This document shows positions 11,779-25,205 of a stretch of DNA of 64,000 nucleotides, in pieces. Source of the stretch: Octopus vulgaris (Eukaryota); NCBI GenBank assembly GCA_951406725.2, contig OX597832.1:10664001-10728000 (forward strand), written 5' to 3'. Positions within the stretch are counted from its first letter, which is position 1; the number at the start of each line of letters is the position of its first letter. Made by a program: the position numbers and the translations under genes. Below the pieces are notes generated by a model that made no database searches, was not told the origin of the DNA, and saw only the letters and a program-made list of their open reading frames with translations.

Positions 11779-14362
11779 TGTTTTCAATGATTTTATGCAT
11801 ATTTCTACCTCTATGTGTGCAGTACCGTCATTCGGTGGTGTAAAACATGTTTGTAAACTGCAACAATTTTCTTCTAGGGGATTGGTATTATTGCATCTGC
11901 TGTTGTATTTTTATTTCATCCTGCTTCAGAATAGATCATCTGTTATAATATCCTTGTTATTCTGTTGTGCCTTTATTGAATTTCGCCATATCAATCTGTA
12001 AGATCTTTCTATATGGCTTATAATGTTGTTCTGATAAATTCACTAAATGAAGGTTCTAATTATGTCGGGGTTGCAAATATATACTCTCTCTGCTGAAATA
12101 TAGCAGCCAGAGACAATGCTTTTTGTTCGCTTCGTTTAGCATCAAGAAATTCAGTGACTTCCTAATGTATTCTACATATTTCATTTTGTATTTCTTGGGG
12201 AAAGGCATTGATTGTGTGTCGTATACAACAATTTTTCATATTCAGTGTTTCTCGGGTGTCGGCCATGCTGTGGTTTTTCATTCGTCGTCTTTCAGAAATT
12301 TTCATTCAAATGTATTGATGAACCTGAATATATGTTAAAAGACATTAGATTGGTCTGGGCGTGGTTATGGAGCGATCTCCTTAGATACATGAATATGCAC
12401 GTATTAAAATGTCATGAGAATATGTAGGAAAAATCAAGTGTTTATTGATAGCATTGTAAAAATAACGAGATGATCAATGTTACATAGACTTGACCTAAAG
12501 AGATCAAATCTATTCATAGATAAATCCTGGACGAAATTGAATTATTATGCCAGAAGTTAGATACATCTTAACAGTAAACGCCGTTACAAAATCGATATAA
12601 ACTACTTCACCACTTCTCACCTAGTTGGCACGACAACTCTCAGATGAAAATGAAATACACATTTATTTATGTTGAATAGTTACGTTCAAATTAGACGCAA
12701 TAAAGTGTTGGATATATCGCAGAACCTACTAAATGTCATCTAGTAAACTTACCCTGCATAAATACTATGGTTGAAATATGGACAAGCGCCATATTTGCTA
12801 ATTTAAATCTAGAAGATACGAAATATAATATAGGCTATTCAAAAGCGAAAATTTTCAGTATACATAGAATAATGTGTTAAACTAACCTTAATATATTTGA
12901 CTTTAATAACTCTAGTTCTGCTTAGCGAGAGCAGACATATGTCCAGAAATGCTCTGACAAAGAATATATAATCATTGTCATTTTCATTTATGAACTTAGT
13001 TTGGAAGTTTAGGGAGATATGACAGTTGTCGGAGAAAGCAAAGCAACGCTATAGACGATCCATGATTTGCATCAACAGAAATAAGATGGTTTCATTGGTA
13101 AATAGAAAGAGCTTTCACATTTTATTTTATGCGAGTCTCATAGTTGTAACATCTCGCCTACAGGAGAGAATTTTAGTGATATCTTGACACGCTAGAATTA
13201 AAAAGACCGATCTTAAAACTATCGGATAAAAAGGAAAGTACGATATATACAGTAGCTGCACATCTGACAGAATAGACAGGACGTCGACGGGTTGCGTGCT
13301 TTGATTTCAAATCAGTTCGATTAAGTCAGAGCTGTGAATAAACAGCTATACAATCAACATCAAAGGAATGAAGAAAGTTCAGAATTGCGTTTCAACAAGC
13401 TAGAAATAACAGCCAAATTTCCACTCATAGACACCTCACCCATTATTTCCCATTGCATAATATTGCCCAGGGCTACCCTATTCCACAAGAAAATTCAGTA
13501 TGGACATTGCTGACATAACCGCTGATTATAGGTCTATCTGCTCTATCAGCGATAACCTGGGGCGAAGGAACATCATTATTTTCAGTAACAACAACAATCG
13601 TTATTTTAAACATTCTTAAAGGTTGTACATTTTTTTTACGTTATCTTTATTTTGATTGTATGTCGCTGTGATAAGCGTTAAGACCTTAGAGAAGAGGTAT
13701 TATATTCCACTACTGATAATATGATAAAGGAATGACATGTTTACGCCACTGGAAATAAATGTATATTGCTGATCTGAGCAACCTCCATTTAATAGCTTAC
13801 AATTCAATTTATTTGCCGTTCCGAACGGAGTAAAAGTTTCGAATACCGAAAAGCAAAAAAGGAATACAAAATACAAAAAATCAAATGTCTAGATTAAATT
13901 GACTGACCATAGCCTTGATGTTTGATTTTCTACTACACACCACACAGACCAGTTGACATGCTTCCAACAAAGTCAGCACGGTCTCTTATTGAGAGTTACT
14001 TTGTTTGCCAAACACAGCCTGAAAGTGGTAGGCATTGATCACACGTAACATAAATAAATATATATATATTCTTAGCATATAGAAACGTATAATAAATGGA
14101 ATAAAAGGAAAATAAGATAACCATTCCCTACGGTAATCGTAAAATCTAACAGATTAGAAATAATGTCAAATTAAATAGTGTCACATAAGTGTTTTCTCCA
14201 CACTCAACTGATTTATGTAAACAAAAAATCGCACTTGCACGCACGTGCACACATATATACACATTAATATAAACGTATGCATATACACATTTAAAAGTGT
14301 ATGTGTGTACGAATGACAGTATGTGTTTAAATATCTGTGCATATGCATTAAATATATGTTTG

Positions 14363-14363
<1 letters not shown>

Positions 14364-14405
<42 letters not shown>

Positions 14406-14430
14406 GTATATATATATATATGTATATATG

Positions 14431-14461
<31 letters not shown>

Positions 14462-14492
14462 GTATATATATATGTATATATATATGTATATA

Positions 14493-14588
<96 letters not shown>
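14364..14588. repeat. (TA)n with periodic TG interruptions, followed by (GA)n
   Basis: Direct reading. Confidence 0.97.
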
Positions 14589-14590
<2 letters not shown>

Positions 14591-14670
14591 CTTCACTATC
14601 TCTCTCTCATATGTATATATGGCTTCAGACTTAATTGAGTATGACTACATAACACTAGCACTGACAGAGT

Positions 14671-14712
<42 letters not shown>

Positions 14713-14847
14713 ATTGAAAGCAGTAAGATAAACAGCATTGTGTTTTCACCATTTGTTTCTACACATATTTCGTCAGAGGAACACAATTATTGCATTACTT
14801 ACATTATTTATATTTGACGGATATTTAACCTAATCTTGTTTGTTGTT

Positions 14848-14893
14848 AACACAACGTTTCGGCTGATATACTCTCCAGTCTTCATCAGTTGTC
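14848..14893 (-). ncRNA. Minimal type I hammerhead ribozyme motif (left arm)
   Basis: Minus strand reads GACAA CTGATGA A GACTG GAGAGTATAT CAGCC GAAA CGT T GTGTT: both core boxes intact, stem II and stem I each with one mismatch, palindromic AACGTT stem III. Confidence 0.65.
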
Positions 14894-15089
14894 TTGGGGA
14901 AATTTTGAACCTGGTTTCTCATTTCTAAGGTATTTTTTTTATGTTGTTAGGATTATTATTATCAATGTCAAAATTCCGAGTTCGATTCCAGGCAGTGACA
15001 ATAATAATAATAGCAACAATAATGATATTGATAATAACATCATCAAAAAATACCTTAGGAATAAGAACCCAGGTTCAATATTTCCCCAA

Positions 15090-15135
15090 GACACCCGATG
15101 AAGGCTGGAGAGTATATCAGCCGAAACTTTGTGTT
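15090..15135 (+). ncRNA. Minimal hammerhead motif (right arm), core mutated
   Basis: GACAC CCGATGA A GGCTG GAGAGTATAT CAGCC GAAA CTT T GTGTT: stems I and II pair fully, but CTGATGA is CCGATGA and GAAACGTT is GAAACTTT. Confidence 0.55.
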
Positions 15136-15922
15136 AACAACAAACAAGATGAGGACAAATATCTGTCAATTGTAAATAATGTAAATAATATAAATAATGT
15201 ACGTAATTCCTCATCTCTTAAATATAGAACTGCATTCCCAATATTTGTTTTAAAAAAACAGATGAGATCAAAGACCTGGTTTGCTTCTATGGATGTATAT
15301 CAATTTGGAAATTTATTTAGCTGTGAATGGAATCTTGCTTCAAGTATGTTCACTTGGTTTTCTAATAAATCCCTATTAAACCGAAAGTTTCCCAACATGC
15401 AGCCTGAATTTCAATGGAAAGTAGACACAAAAATTTGTACGCATCATGTTAAATACATCCAAGTACTATAGCGAGTTGGATGTCGATGTTTTCTATAACT
15501 CACCAGTGAACCAAATTCGTGCAAAACATTATACAAAAGTGTTTCAGTTAGAATCGCTTAGTTATTTTACGGATATATTTATTCATATTTTGGTGTTTAA
15601 ATATATGCTTACTCACTTTTCACGACAAGGGTTTATTGACAATATTACGTAGACTATTCATTTCACAAAAACGGAAAAAAGTTATTTCCTTCAAATAAAG
15701 AGGAAGCTTTGTGCACAACAGAAGCGTTTTTCCGATCATACATATAATCATACACACACACACATTCACAGACATTCACACACACATTGAGAGAAAGATG
15801 GATAGAGGGGGAAGAGATACGCATATGAATGTATGTGTAAATATATTTATGTATGTATGAATATTTATATATTATATATTCTATACTTATAAATACATAT
15901 ATGTATGCCTATATATAAGTAA

Positions 15923-15975
<53 letters not shown>

Positions 15976-16875
15976 GAGTGTTTAGAAATATATCGGATGA
16001 AAGAAAATAAGGAACAATGGAAGCTATAACTGAGGACAAGTAAATCTATTATGTAACACTCTTTCCAAGCATGACCTTCCTGATATTTAATTTTCCAAGA
16101 ACATCATTCTCCAATTACCCTATATTTTCCGACAATGTTCGTTATCATTTGATGAGTAATTGTCTGATATTTTAAGTAGCTTTATTGTTTTCTTCATAAG
16201 TGAAACATCCAACATTGTGAATCTCTTCCAAAAAGCCTAACTTATTGCGTTTTCTCGAATTTATTTTACTGAGTTCTGGTGATGTTGAACATCATTTTCT
16301 CTCTCCCTTCCGTCCCCTTCCTCTCTCATGAAATCGGTATCGTGGCTTTCAACTGATACCCTGATATATGAATTCACCTTACCTATATTTTTTGTCAAAA
16401 TTGGACATGAATCGAAAATTTGAAATAGTGTTGCTTAGCTTAATGTTATCCACGGTAAAATGCGACCATACATGAATATATATATAAACTACAAATTGTT
16501 TAACGTTACTGTGCAGTTTACTGTATTTCTTTTGATTACAGCGAAATGGTAATTAATTTCATTGAAATGTTTCACCTCTTTATAAATTTCAATCGAGATT
16601 GGTTGTGGTTGATAACAGGTTCTGCACTACCAGGATGATTAAGAGAATGATATTTTTTTTAAAGGTACCCAATGGTATGTTCATTCATTGGCTTCCGTGT
16701 AGATGGGTAGAAATTCTATAGATATACGTGTAGTAAATCGCTGAAACAACAAAGTATGTGGCAACTTTTGATATTTCATGTGGGAAACTTCACTGGCGAC
16801 TTTTGGTGCGACCGCCTCCAGTTGCTTTCGGAGTGGGAGTTGGAGAAAATTTCCTAAGACAGAGAAGGGTTTTAA

Positions 16876-16877
<2 letters not shown>

Positions 16878-16914
<37 letters not shown>

Positions 16915-16939
16915 CATCATTATTATTATCATTATTATT
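16878..16939. repeat. (ATT)n microsatellite
   Basis: Direct reading. Confidence 0.95.
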
Positions 16940-17140
16940 GCGAGTCGTTAGCATGCCGGGCAAAATGCGTAGCTGTATTTCGCTCGTCGCTACGTTGAGT
17001 TTAAATTCTGCCTAGATCGACTTTGCAAATATTAGGAAATTAATGTGTTTTTGTGCAAACTACTATAATTAAGTACCAGTGAAACACTGGGGCCAATGTA
17101 ATCGATTAGTTACTTTCTTTGAAATTTGAAGCCTTGAATT
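16940..17140 (+). mobile_element. SINE family C, degenerate
   Basis: CGTTAGCATGCCGGGCAAAATGCGTAGCTGTATTTCG..TAAGTACCAGTGAAACACTGGGGCCAATGTAATCGA. Confidence 0.8.
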
Positions 17141-17977
17141 AAAAGGTCTTTTTCTTATGAATGAGAGAACTTATAAAATAATATTTCCATATAAATTTTT
17201 GTTCTGATGTTGAGTATAGTAATAGCTGTAGATAACGTCAATATTGCTCTTCTTAGAACTCCTCAATATAGCATAATTTGGGGTCATAACATTTTAGTTA
17301 AACATATATTCCACCGAACATTTTTCCAAACAGTTTCCCATCGACTAAGACACAGTCATATCTTTTATGTCAAACTGAGACACTTATAGATAACAGCCGT
17401 TGAGCTACTCAGTTTGAAGGAATCCGTTATGGCATGACTTCGAAGTAAATTTCTTAAGCATCCAGCTAATAAAATACAATGACAGCTCTCAATTTCTCTC
17501 GATCTGTGTATCTCTGTCTTTCTCTTTCCATACAGATACACACGCTCACACAAATACACGCATGCATATATTCTTAGATAAACTCGTTAGAAAAAAAAAG
17601 ACATTATTTTGCTAAAAAGGATGTCGATACATGGTAGTAGAACATAATTTTACATATAGCCTTACCGAGAATAGTGTTATTGTACTACATGTATCACGAA
17701 ATACATGTGTACCGTGTAACGATGGTGTGACACAGTATGTTTTTGCGTCGTCTTTAACATGATTTTACATGTAAGTGACAGAGAGAGAGAGAGAGAGAGA
17801 GGGGGGTTGTAAATTATTCTTGCTTTTCACTAATGTTTATGAGTTCCTGATAGCTATGACTTCAAGAAAGAAATCACGTCACTTAGAAACTGACGGGAGT
17901 TTTAAAGTACGCTGAGAAATTAAACTGGGGCATGTCGACCTAATGATAAATCATTTACTGGCAGATATACAACAAAA

Positions 17978-18321
17978 ATACTACTACTACTACTACTGCT
18001 GCTGCTGCCGCCACTACTTTTACTACTACTATTGATGTTGCTACTGTTGCTGCTGCTATTATTGCTATTGCTGCTGCTGCTACTACTACTACTAATACTA
18101 ATACTATTACTACTACTACTGTTACTACTGTTACTACTACTACTAATGATGTTGCTACTATTGCTGCTACTACTACTACTACTACTACTACTAATATTAC
18201 TACTACTAACAATAATATTAATAATAATAATGATAAAAATTATTATTATTATTATTATTATTACTATTATCATTTTTATTATTATTATTATTATTATCAT
18301 TATTATTATTATTATTATTAT
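17978..18321. repeat. Compound trinucleotide tract (CTA/CTG/TAA/ATT)
   Basis: Direct reading; source of the poly-S/L/I/V ORFs. Confidence 0.95.
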
Positions 18322-18656
18322 GCGATATCTATCTCTAATATAACAGGACAAATGACTTGATGAATTTCTAAAATAATAAACTGCTTTGCAGTATACACAC
18401 TGTTCAATCAACGTGGCTGTCCGTTTGAAATTTGAATGCTGTAAGTGTTTTGTATTTTACGACTAACTTGTTCTTCAGTTATGAGAAATGGAATATTCTA
18501 AACATCAACGAAAATAATATTCTGTTAAAAGAGCATATGTGAAGTCGATGTAACTTCTTACTAAATCTCTTTGAGTTAATGTGTAAAAGAATATATATTT
18601 TATATATATGAAATATAGGAAGTGTTTTGAATATAAGGGCGATATAGATCATATAT

Positions 18657-19073
18657 ACTCTTTACTCTTTTTACTCTTTTACTTGTTTCACTTGTTTGAC
18701 TGGGACCATGCTGGAGCACCGCCTTTAGTCGAGCAAATCGACCCCGGGACTTATTCTTTGTAAGCCCAGTACTTATTCTATCGGTCTCTTTTGCCGAACC
18801 GCTAAGTGACGGGGACGTAAACATACCAGCATCGGTTGTCAAGCAATGCTAGGGGGACAAACACAGACACACAAACATATACACGCACATACATATTTAT
18901 ATATATACATATATACGACAGGCTTCTTTCGGTTTCCGTCTACCAAATCCACTCACAAGGCATTGGTCGGCCCGGGGCCATAGCAGAAGACACTTGCCCA
19001 AGATGCCACGCAGTGGGACTGAACCCGGAACAATGTGGTTGGTAAGCAAGCTACTTACCACACAGCCACTCCT
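18657..19073 (-). mobile_element. SINE family B, near full length
   Basis: Continuous reverse-complement match from the (CTTTTA)n-like tail to CCACACAGCCACTCCT. Confidence 0.92.
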
Positions 19074-20034
19074 ATATATATATATATATATATTTGTGTG
19101 TTTAGGCATTTTGCATAAGTGCATTGCAAAGCAGTTACACAAAGATGCACAGTGCTAACAACTCTTGGACATACAGTAATAGTTTGCACAAAAACACATT
19201 CATTTCCTATTATTTGCAAGTGTAAATGTAGCATAATCTCTCCCTCTCTCTCTCCCTCTCTCTCTCTTACTTTGCCTCTCACATTTTTGTCTCTATATAG
19301 ACACAAACTGAAACATAAATACAAACTCTGTTTCTCTCTCTCTTCCTTTCTCTCTCTCTCTCTCTCTTCCTCTCTCTCTCTCTCTCTCTCTCTCCCTCTC
19401 TAAATATACTTATGAATATTCAAGTACATTGAGAGAAACAATTTTTTAAAAATATAGTTTGGCAGATTTGTTTGTGGATGTGTGGTATGTTTTACTGCGT
19501 ATCACGAATCCTGTTCTCACCCAAACATTACGAGGAAATTCTGTTGAAGCTATTATTCGAAAAATCTTCAAACGTTGTCACAAATTTTAATGGGTTACAT
19601 TCGTTATTCATCGTTGGTTGTTTATGGATTCCAGTTGAAAAATGTTTTTTAAAGATATACTTTTTGTATATATCATACAGCTGAAATAAATAGATAGATA
19701 TGTATAAAATATTGTCAGTGTGAGAGCTTGCAAACAAATCTAACAAATAAAAGAGATTGTATTGTTGTACGCATAAGTGTTACACGCTAGATTTTCACTT
19801 CACTGAGCTTTCTTGTCTCTTGTATGAAACGGATTATATGTTTATGATTAAAAAGTTCACTGGAGATTTCAAGAGCCATCAATGAATGAACAAGAGAGCT
19901 ACTTGCATATGATTTCTCTACCATTAACTAGCTTTTCTCATATTCGTACAAATTGAAATTAAGTTGTCGCTAGACTAAAGCTGATACCACGTTGAATTTA
20001 TCATTCGACACGTTTCGAATCCTAATACACCAAA

Positions 20035-20087
20035 TTATTATTATTATTATTATTAATGATAATAATATTTTATTATGATTAGTATTA

Positions 20088-20118
<31 letters not shown>

Positions 20119-20146
20119 CGTTGTTATTATTATTATTATTATTATC

Positions 20147-20200
<54 letters not shown>
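20035..20200. repeat. (ATT)n microsatellite
   Basis: Direct reading. Confidence 0.95.
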
Positions 20201-20221
20201 GAGTGAAAGAGCAGTGCATTT

Positions 20222-20543
20222 CGGTCTTTCATTATAGATTAGAATAAGTAGCAGTTAAGCACTGAGACCGATGAAATAGTCTAGCTTCCACCCCAAAATT
20301 TCAGCTTATACTGTCAGTAAAAATTATTCATATTATTATTATGAAAACTGCGAGCTACCAGAACCGTTAGCTCGCCGGACAACATTCTTATAGCAGTATT
20401 TTGTCCGTCTTTACGCTTCGAGATCAAATGGCACTGTGGTCGACTTGGCTTTTTTTCATCCTTTCTGGATCGATGTAATAAGTACCTATGAAACACTTGG
20501 GTCGATGTAAATTTCACCAAAATTTCAAAAGCCTTGTGCTTTT

Positions 20544-20579
<36 letters not shown>

Positions 20580-20690
20580 TCTCCTTTCGGGGTCGATAAA
20601 ATAAGTTCAAGTGGAGAACTTGGATCGATGCAATTGACTTACTTCCCCTACAAATTCCTGGCTTCGTGCCAAAATTTGAAACCATTATTG
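20222..20690 (+). mobile_element. Three head-to-tail SINE family C copies/fragments (20222-20312, 20347-20547, 20580-20690) separated by (ATT)n
   Basis: Recurrent ATAAGTAsCAGT..CACTGrGrYCGATG module and an AAAATTTC..GCCTTGTG-type tail; the middle copy keeps the GCGAGCT..CGTTAGC head. Confidence 0.75.
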
Positions 20691-22754
20691 CTATCAATAT
20701 TATTATTATTAGTAGAAGTAGTAACAGGAGCAGCAACAATAGTAGTAGTAGTAGTAGTAGTAGTACATTCTTTGATATTTGTGGGGGTGTTCGCCTCTAA
20801 ATGTAAATTATAAGTTCTTAAGAATTACCGATATAAACCGAAATACATGTTATAGTCTAACAGCAACAGCGGAAGCAAATTTAGATCACAAAGAATCCAA
20901 TACAATCGCATTTTAAGTTTCCGTCGGTAATCAGTTCAGATCATGTGAGCATCATCTGACATAACAATTATATTAACGACATTACTTGTTATTTACGCTG
21001 AAAGTCTATTTATATAGCGTCTTAAAGTAAATTTATAGTCGTATGAAATTTTAGAATAAAGATGTTTCTATTTATAAGGTCGTAAATTATTATATGTTCA
21101 TGGTCGTTGCATATCTTCAAAAATCACTGTATTAATGGTAAAAGTTATCACATATTTGATTTAGTGACAAGTGTTCATTACACTTCATACAACAATTACT
21201 GCTACAAAATTACTTGGAAGAATTTTAGAGTTGGCAAATGGAAGTCAGACTTCAATATAATTAAATGGAAATTAATAGATCACTATTAACAAGTTTATGG
21301 CATCACGTATATCTATTAATTCTCCAAATTAATGATTGTTAGATTCATTAGAGCGTAACTAATTGCACAATAAGGTCAGTTTGAGAGGGTTACGAAATGA
21401 TATAGTCCGGTAGTCTGTTTCTTTCATAGAAAGTAGCGTAGACAGCATAATGGCATAGAAAATTGTTGATGAGAATGTACAAATTTGACCTGAACGTGTA
21501 TATGTTTCAACACAATGTGCGGGCAATACATGGATTTCCATAATGAAAGGAAATCCAGTGTTTAGTGTTAATCGGTGACGTGAGCGCACCGCCTATTAAC
21601 ACGTACCTAAGATGACAATGCGTCTGCTTCCTATAAATCTTTTGCTGTGATTAGAAATATCATATTCAGCATAATTCTCAAGACAAATATAGAAGAGAAT
21701 ATCATGGTCTTTCACACGTTTTATTTTCATCGCTCTCTTCACAAAATATTCATATATGAATTGATAATGAAGCGGTAACTGACTCGAACTAATTATATGA
21801 CACATTCTTCACTTAGGTTTCACGGAAGAGATCTCTTGTCACAATCAATATTATTATATCAGTATCTATAGTCCTTCACCCTATAATAGTTGTGTATAAC
21901 AAGCTGTTAATCTGAGAAAGGCAAGAATAATTTTCTTTATTAAGTACGTTATTAACTAAGATTGTTGTGTGAATAATTTACCGCCCATTCTCATCTTTCT
22001 GTCTTATTATAGGTGTTTAATATTTGCACTTGTGTAGCACAATTCTTTAACATCTTACTAACTATTCTTGTTTAGACAGATATAAGTGATTGGTTCAAAA
22101 GTTTAAACACGCTTAGCCACCTTAAATCAAAATTCTCTTGACTGCTGATAATATATACACAACAATACAATCTGTCTGGAATGATGGTAAAAAGCACAAT
22201 ATATTTGGACACATTTGTGAACACACAAACCTGATTTTATACGTGAAGCTTCTACAATGATCTATGTCAAATTGTTTATGTTCTGAATATTTATAGTAAT
22301 ACATCTATATCATTGACTAGCTTTTCATCAGTGACCTTTGCGAATTTAAATTCTTTGCCTGCTTCGAAGTAATGAATATACTAAAAATTTGACTTAGAAT
22401 TAATGGTTGTCGACTCAACGTGAAAGAAATATATACTTAACTCGTAATCCACATTTCTTAATTCCCCGTCGACGAATTATTCAGGCCCTTTGATAAACAA
22501 CAGAAATATTTCCATGTACACAATTAAATATGTATCAAAGAATTTAATATTATACATTTGGAAACAGATAATGGGAGCAGCTTTGAGATTGTTTATACAC
22601 TTCGTTCATGTAACACCTACATTATTATTCCTTTCCTTTCAACAATATATTTACCGATAACAAAAAGAATCTGAAATGTAAGTAAATCATATTTTCGTAC
22701 AACCATTGGCTTCTTGACCACTCCAGCTCCTATAGATTTTTACAGAGAAACATC

Positions 22755-22782
22755 ACACGCACACACAAACACACACACACAA

Positions 22783-22844
<62 letters not shown>

Positions 22845-22859
22845 GCATGTATGTATGTG

Positions 22860-22898
<39 letters not shown>

Positions 22899-22900
22899 AG

Positions 22901-22955
<55 letters not shown>
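22755..22955. repeat. (CA)n/(TA)n compound microsatellite
   Basis: Direct reading. Confidence 0.95.
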
Positions 22956-22956
<1 letters not shown>

Positions 22957-23571
22957 AAGCTGTCATTCAGAATCAAGTAAGCGTTGTAGAATATGACATG
23001 TTTTCACTAATTTTTCTATGCAGTGAGAAAATACAAAGGCGACCTACTTGCACACTTCACTCAAACCATCACATACGGTGTAACACGTCGAGTGAGGGAC
23101 TTCAATACCTACACTCTTTTGCAAACGATTGCCTTAGATCGACCTGAAATAATAGAAACTGTTGAAGGATACAATCCAGACCCCTGCCCAGGATCTTAAA
23201 AGAAGCACCGAGAAGAAGGCACCAATATATATATGAGATAAATATAAACATATATATATATACAAATAAGTATAATGCGATTAGTATGCTTAAATGTTTG
23301 TTTAGGCTATATGCTAACATCAGCAGTTTTGGTACTTTTCCGTGGGATCTACTTCAGGAATTCTGCAAGGGTAGTTATATTAATAGTATTATTGATAGTA
23401 GGAGATGGATTTTGTATTACGCTTTTATTATTTATACCACATATGTTTTGCACAACAGTCTTGGTCTCTTCAAGTACAATGATGAAGATGTCTCAATAGA
23501 GATTTTTTAGAATCAGATGGCATGTTGTTATATACCCATCAATTTAGGGAATGAATAACCAAATCTAGGGC

Positions 23572-24449
23572 TCTAACATCTCATCCAGGATTGCGAAATA
23601 ATTCTTTGCTGCACTCTCTCGTTGCTTCCCTAAAAACGGAGAGTATAGCAAAATACCCAACCATCACACTGTAAAACAGTCCGATGCTAACTCATCAAAT
23701 ATAGAGCACCACGTTCATAGCATTAATAATCGTAAAAAAAGGCAGCGAACAGACTGCGCTCAAAATAAGCCTTCAACAATTGATCGTGACTCATATAAAA
23801 CACCTAGAGACAATGCAAATACCAACCAATTAACGCAATGTGATAATGATTCAAAATATAATATCAGCCAACCGAAAAGAAAAAAAACGCTATATCTATA
23901 ATGACCAACCAAAGCATCACACCAGGAACAATTCAAACAGCAACACTAACACACTCAGGAATATTAATAATAAGAGGATAACCATGACCACGAATATACT
24001 GAATAGAAGCAATTAGTGCTCGCAGCACACCAGCAAACCAAAACAAAAGACCCTTGGTCAGTCAATGCATGACCAGAAATGTGGTGTATAGGAGCACAGC
24101 AAACACAAGAGGTGCCCTCTATGTATATGTCGGCGCATCGCCTGATACTTTCAAAAATCGATATCGCAACCACATCTTTCGAAAAACTCTTAAACGGCAT
24201 GTAAGATAACTAGCTGATTTTATCTGGAGGTTCACGGAAGAGAAGGCAAAATACGGCTTGACCTAGACCCTAATTAGACATGTGAATCCCTATAACACAT
24301 TATTCCGGAAGTGCCAGCTATTTTACGAAGAGTCACTCTCAATATTATCAACAAAGGAGCGTATTATAAACAGATTGCGGGAACAGTTACCCAGCTGCTT
24401 GCATACAGCTAAACACAAATTCACATACTACAATCTAAACCACACCTAA
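23572..24449 (+). pseudogene. Penelope-like retroelement remnant: RT-EN linker and GIY-YIG endonuclease
   Basis: SNISSRIAK*FFAALSRCFPKNGEYSKIPNHHTVK (cf. the NIG..FL..I..HFP....L.KIFN..TVK linker motif), then PLVSQCMTRNVVYRS..YVYVGASPDTFKNRYRNH..LADFIW..PYNTLFRKCQL..EE..IINRLREQLPSCLH; in-frame stops present. Confidence 0.9.
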
Positions 24450-25115
24450 CTGATGCAAACCTAACAACCACCACACGCAGTACTATACATATGTGCATAT
24501 ACATAAATAGAAACAATCTTACATCCAGATTTTCCAACCCATACAGAACGAGGAATCAAACATTGGACAAGGATGAAGATGATGATGATGATAATAAATC
24601 CAGACAATTTTTGGGAAAAATAACATTTATTAACCAACTTGTCATCTTCTATTGAAATAACCGAACAGCTGTATAGATGTAAACACAATTTTTTCTTCGT
24701 ACGTTCTTCCATCTTTCTTTTCTTCTCTTTTCCATTTACACTACTTTCAGATACACAGGCACACACACAAAAACACGCACACTTTCTCTCACTTTCTCCT
24801 CATTCCTCACCCTCATTTACTATCCTATATCTCTCTCCACCCCTACACACTTAATAATACTATAAAAAGAGACGAATCCCCTAAAAAACTTCAAATATGA
24901 AGAATCTACTAGAGCAGATGCAAGCACTATATATATATATATATATATATGATTTATAAAAACTTGTGACATATTAATAAAATCTATAAATGTACAACCA
25001 AGCAGGTTTCTGAGTACCTTATTTTTTCTAATATATAATACCTGTACATCACCAAGGTATATATATTCCCCATGATTCTTTCTGTTTCTGCCTGCTAAAT
25101 CCAATTACATGTCTT

Positions 25116-25205
25116 TGATCGACCTGAGGCTATATTCGGAGGTACTTGCCCAATTTGCCACTCAGTAACTGGGAGGCAAGCTTCTTACCTGACGGTTACA
25201 CACGC
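25116..25205 (-). mobile_element. SINE family B, 5' fragment
   Basis: TCGACCTGAGGCTATA..ACTTGCCCAA..GGGAGGCAAGCTTCTTACC. Confidence 0.6.

Larger units (their letters stand above)
14795..15230. mobile_element. Inverted-repeat element, probably Penelope-type terminal repeats; arms about 14795-14940 and 15045-15190
   Basis: ATCTTGTTTGTTGTTAACACAACGTTTCGGCTGATATACTCTCCAGTCTTCATCAG..TAAGGTATTTT is mirrored by AAAATACCTTAG..CGATGAAGGCTGGAGAGTATATCAGCCGAAACTTTGTGTTAACAACAAACAAGAT. Confidence 0.85.

Noticed and set aside
11940-12430. Possible very old CR1-like RT remnant on the minus strand (similar faint hints at 830-1650, 17200-17330, 40780-41130 and 44960-45400)
   Set aside because: Only one or two partial motifs each by eye; needs a profile HMM search to support
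13390-13575. Faint dispersed repeat (GCTAGAAATAACAGCCAAAT..; similar at about 9490-9672, 31050-31140 and 34885-34920)
   Set aside because: Probably a real ancient repeat family, but too diverged to delimit or classify by eye
14941-15471. 176-aa ORF
   Set aside because: Runs through the inverted-repeat element and (AAT)n tracts; no recognisable domain
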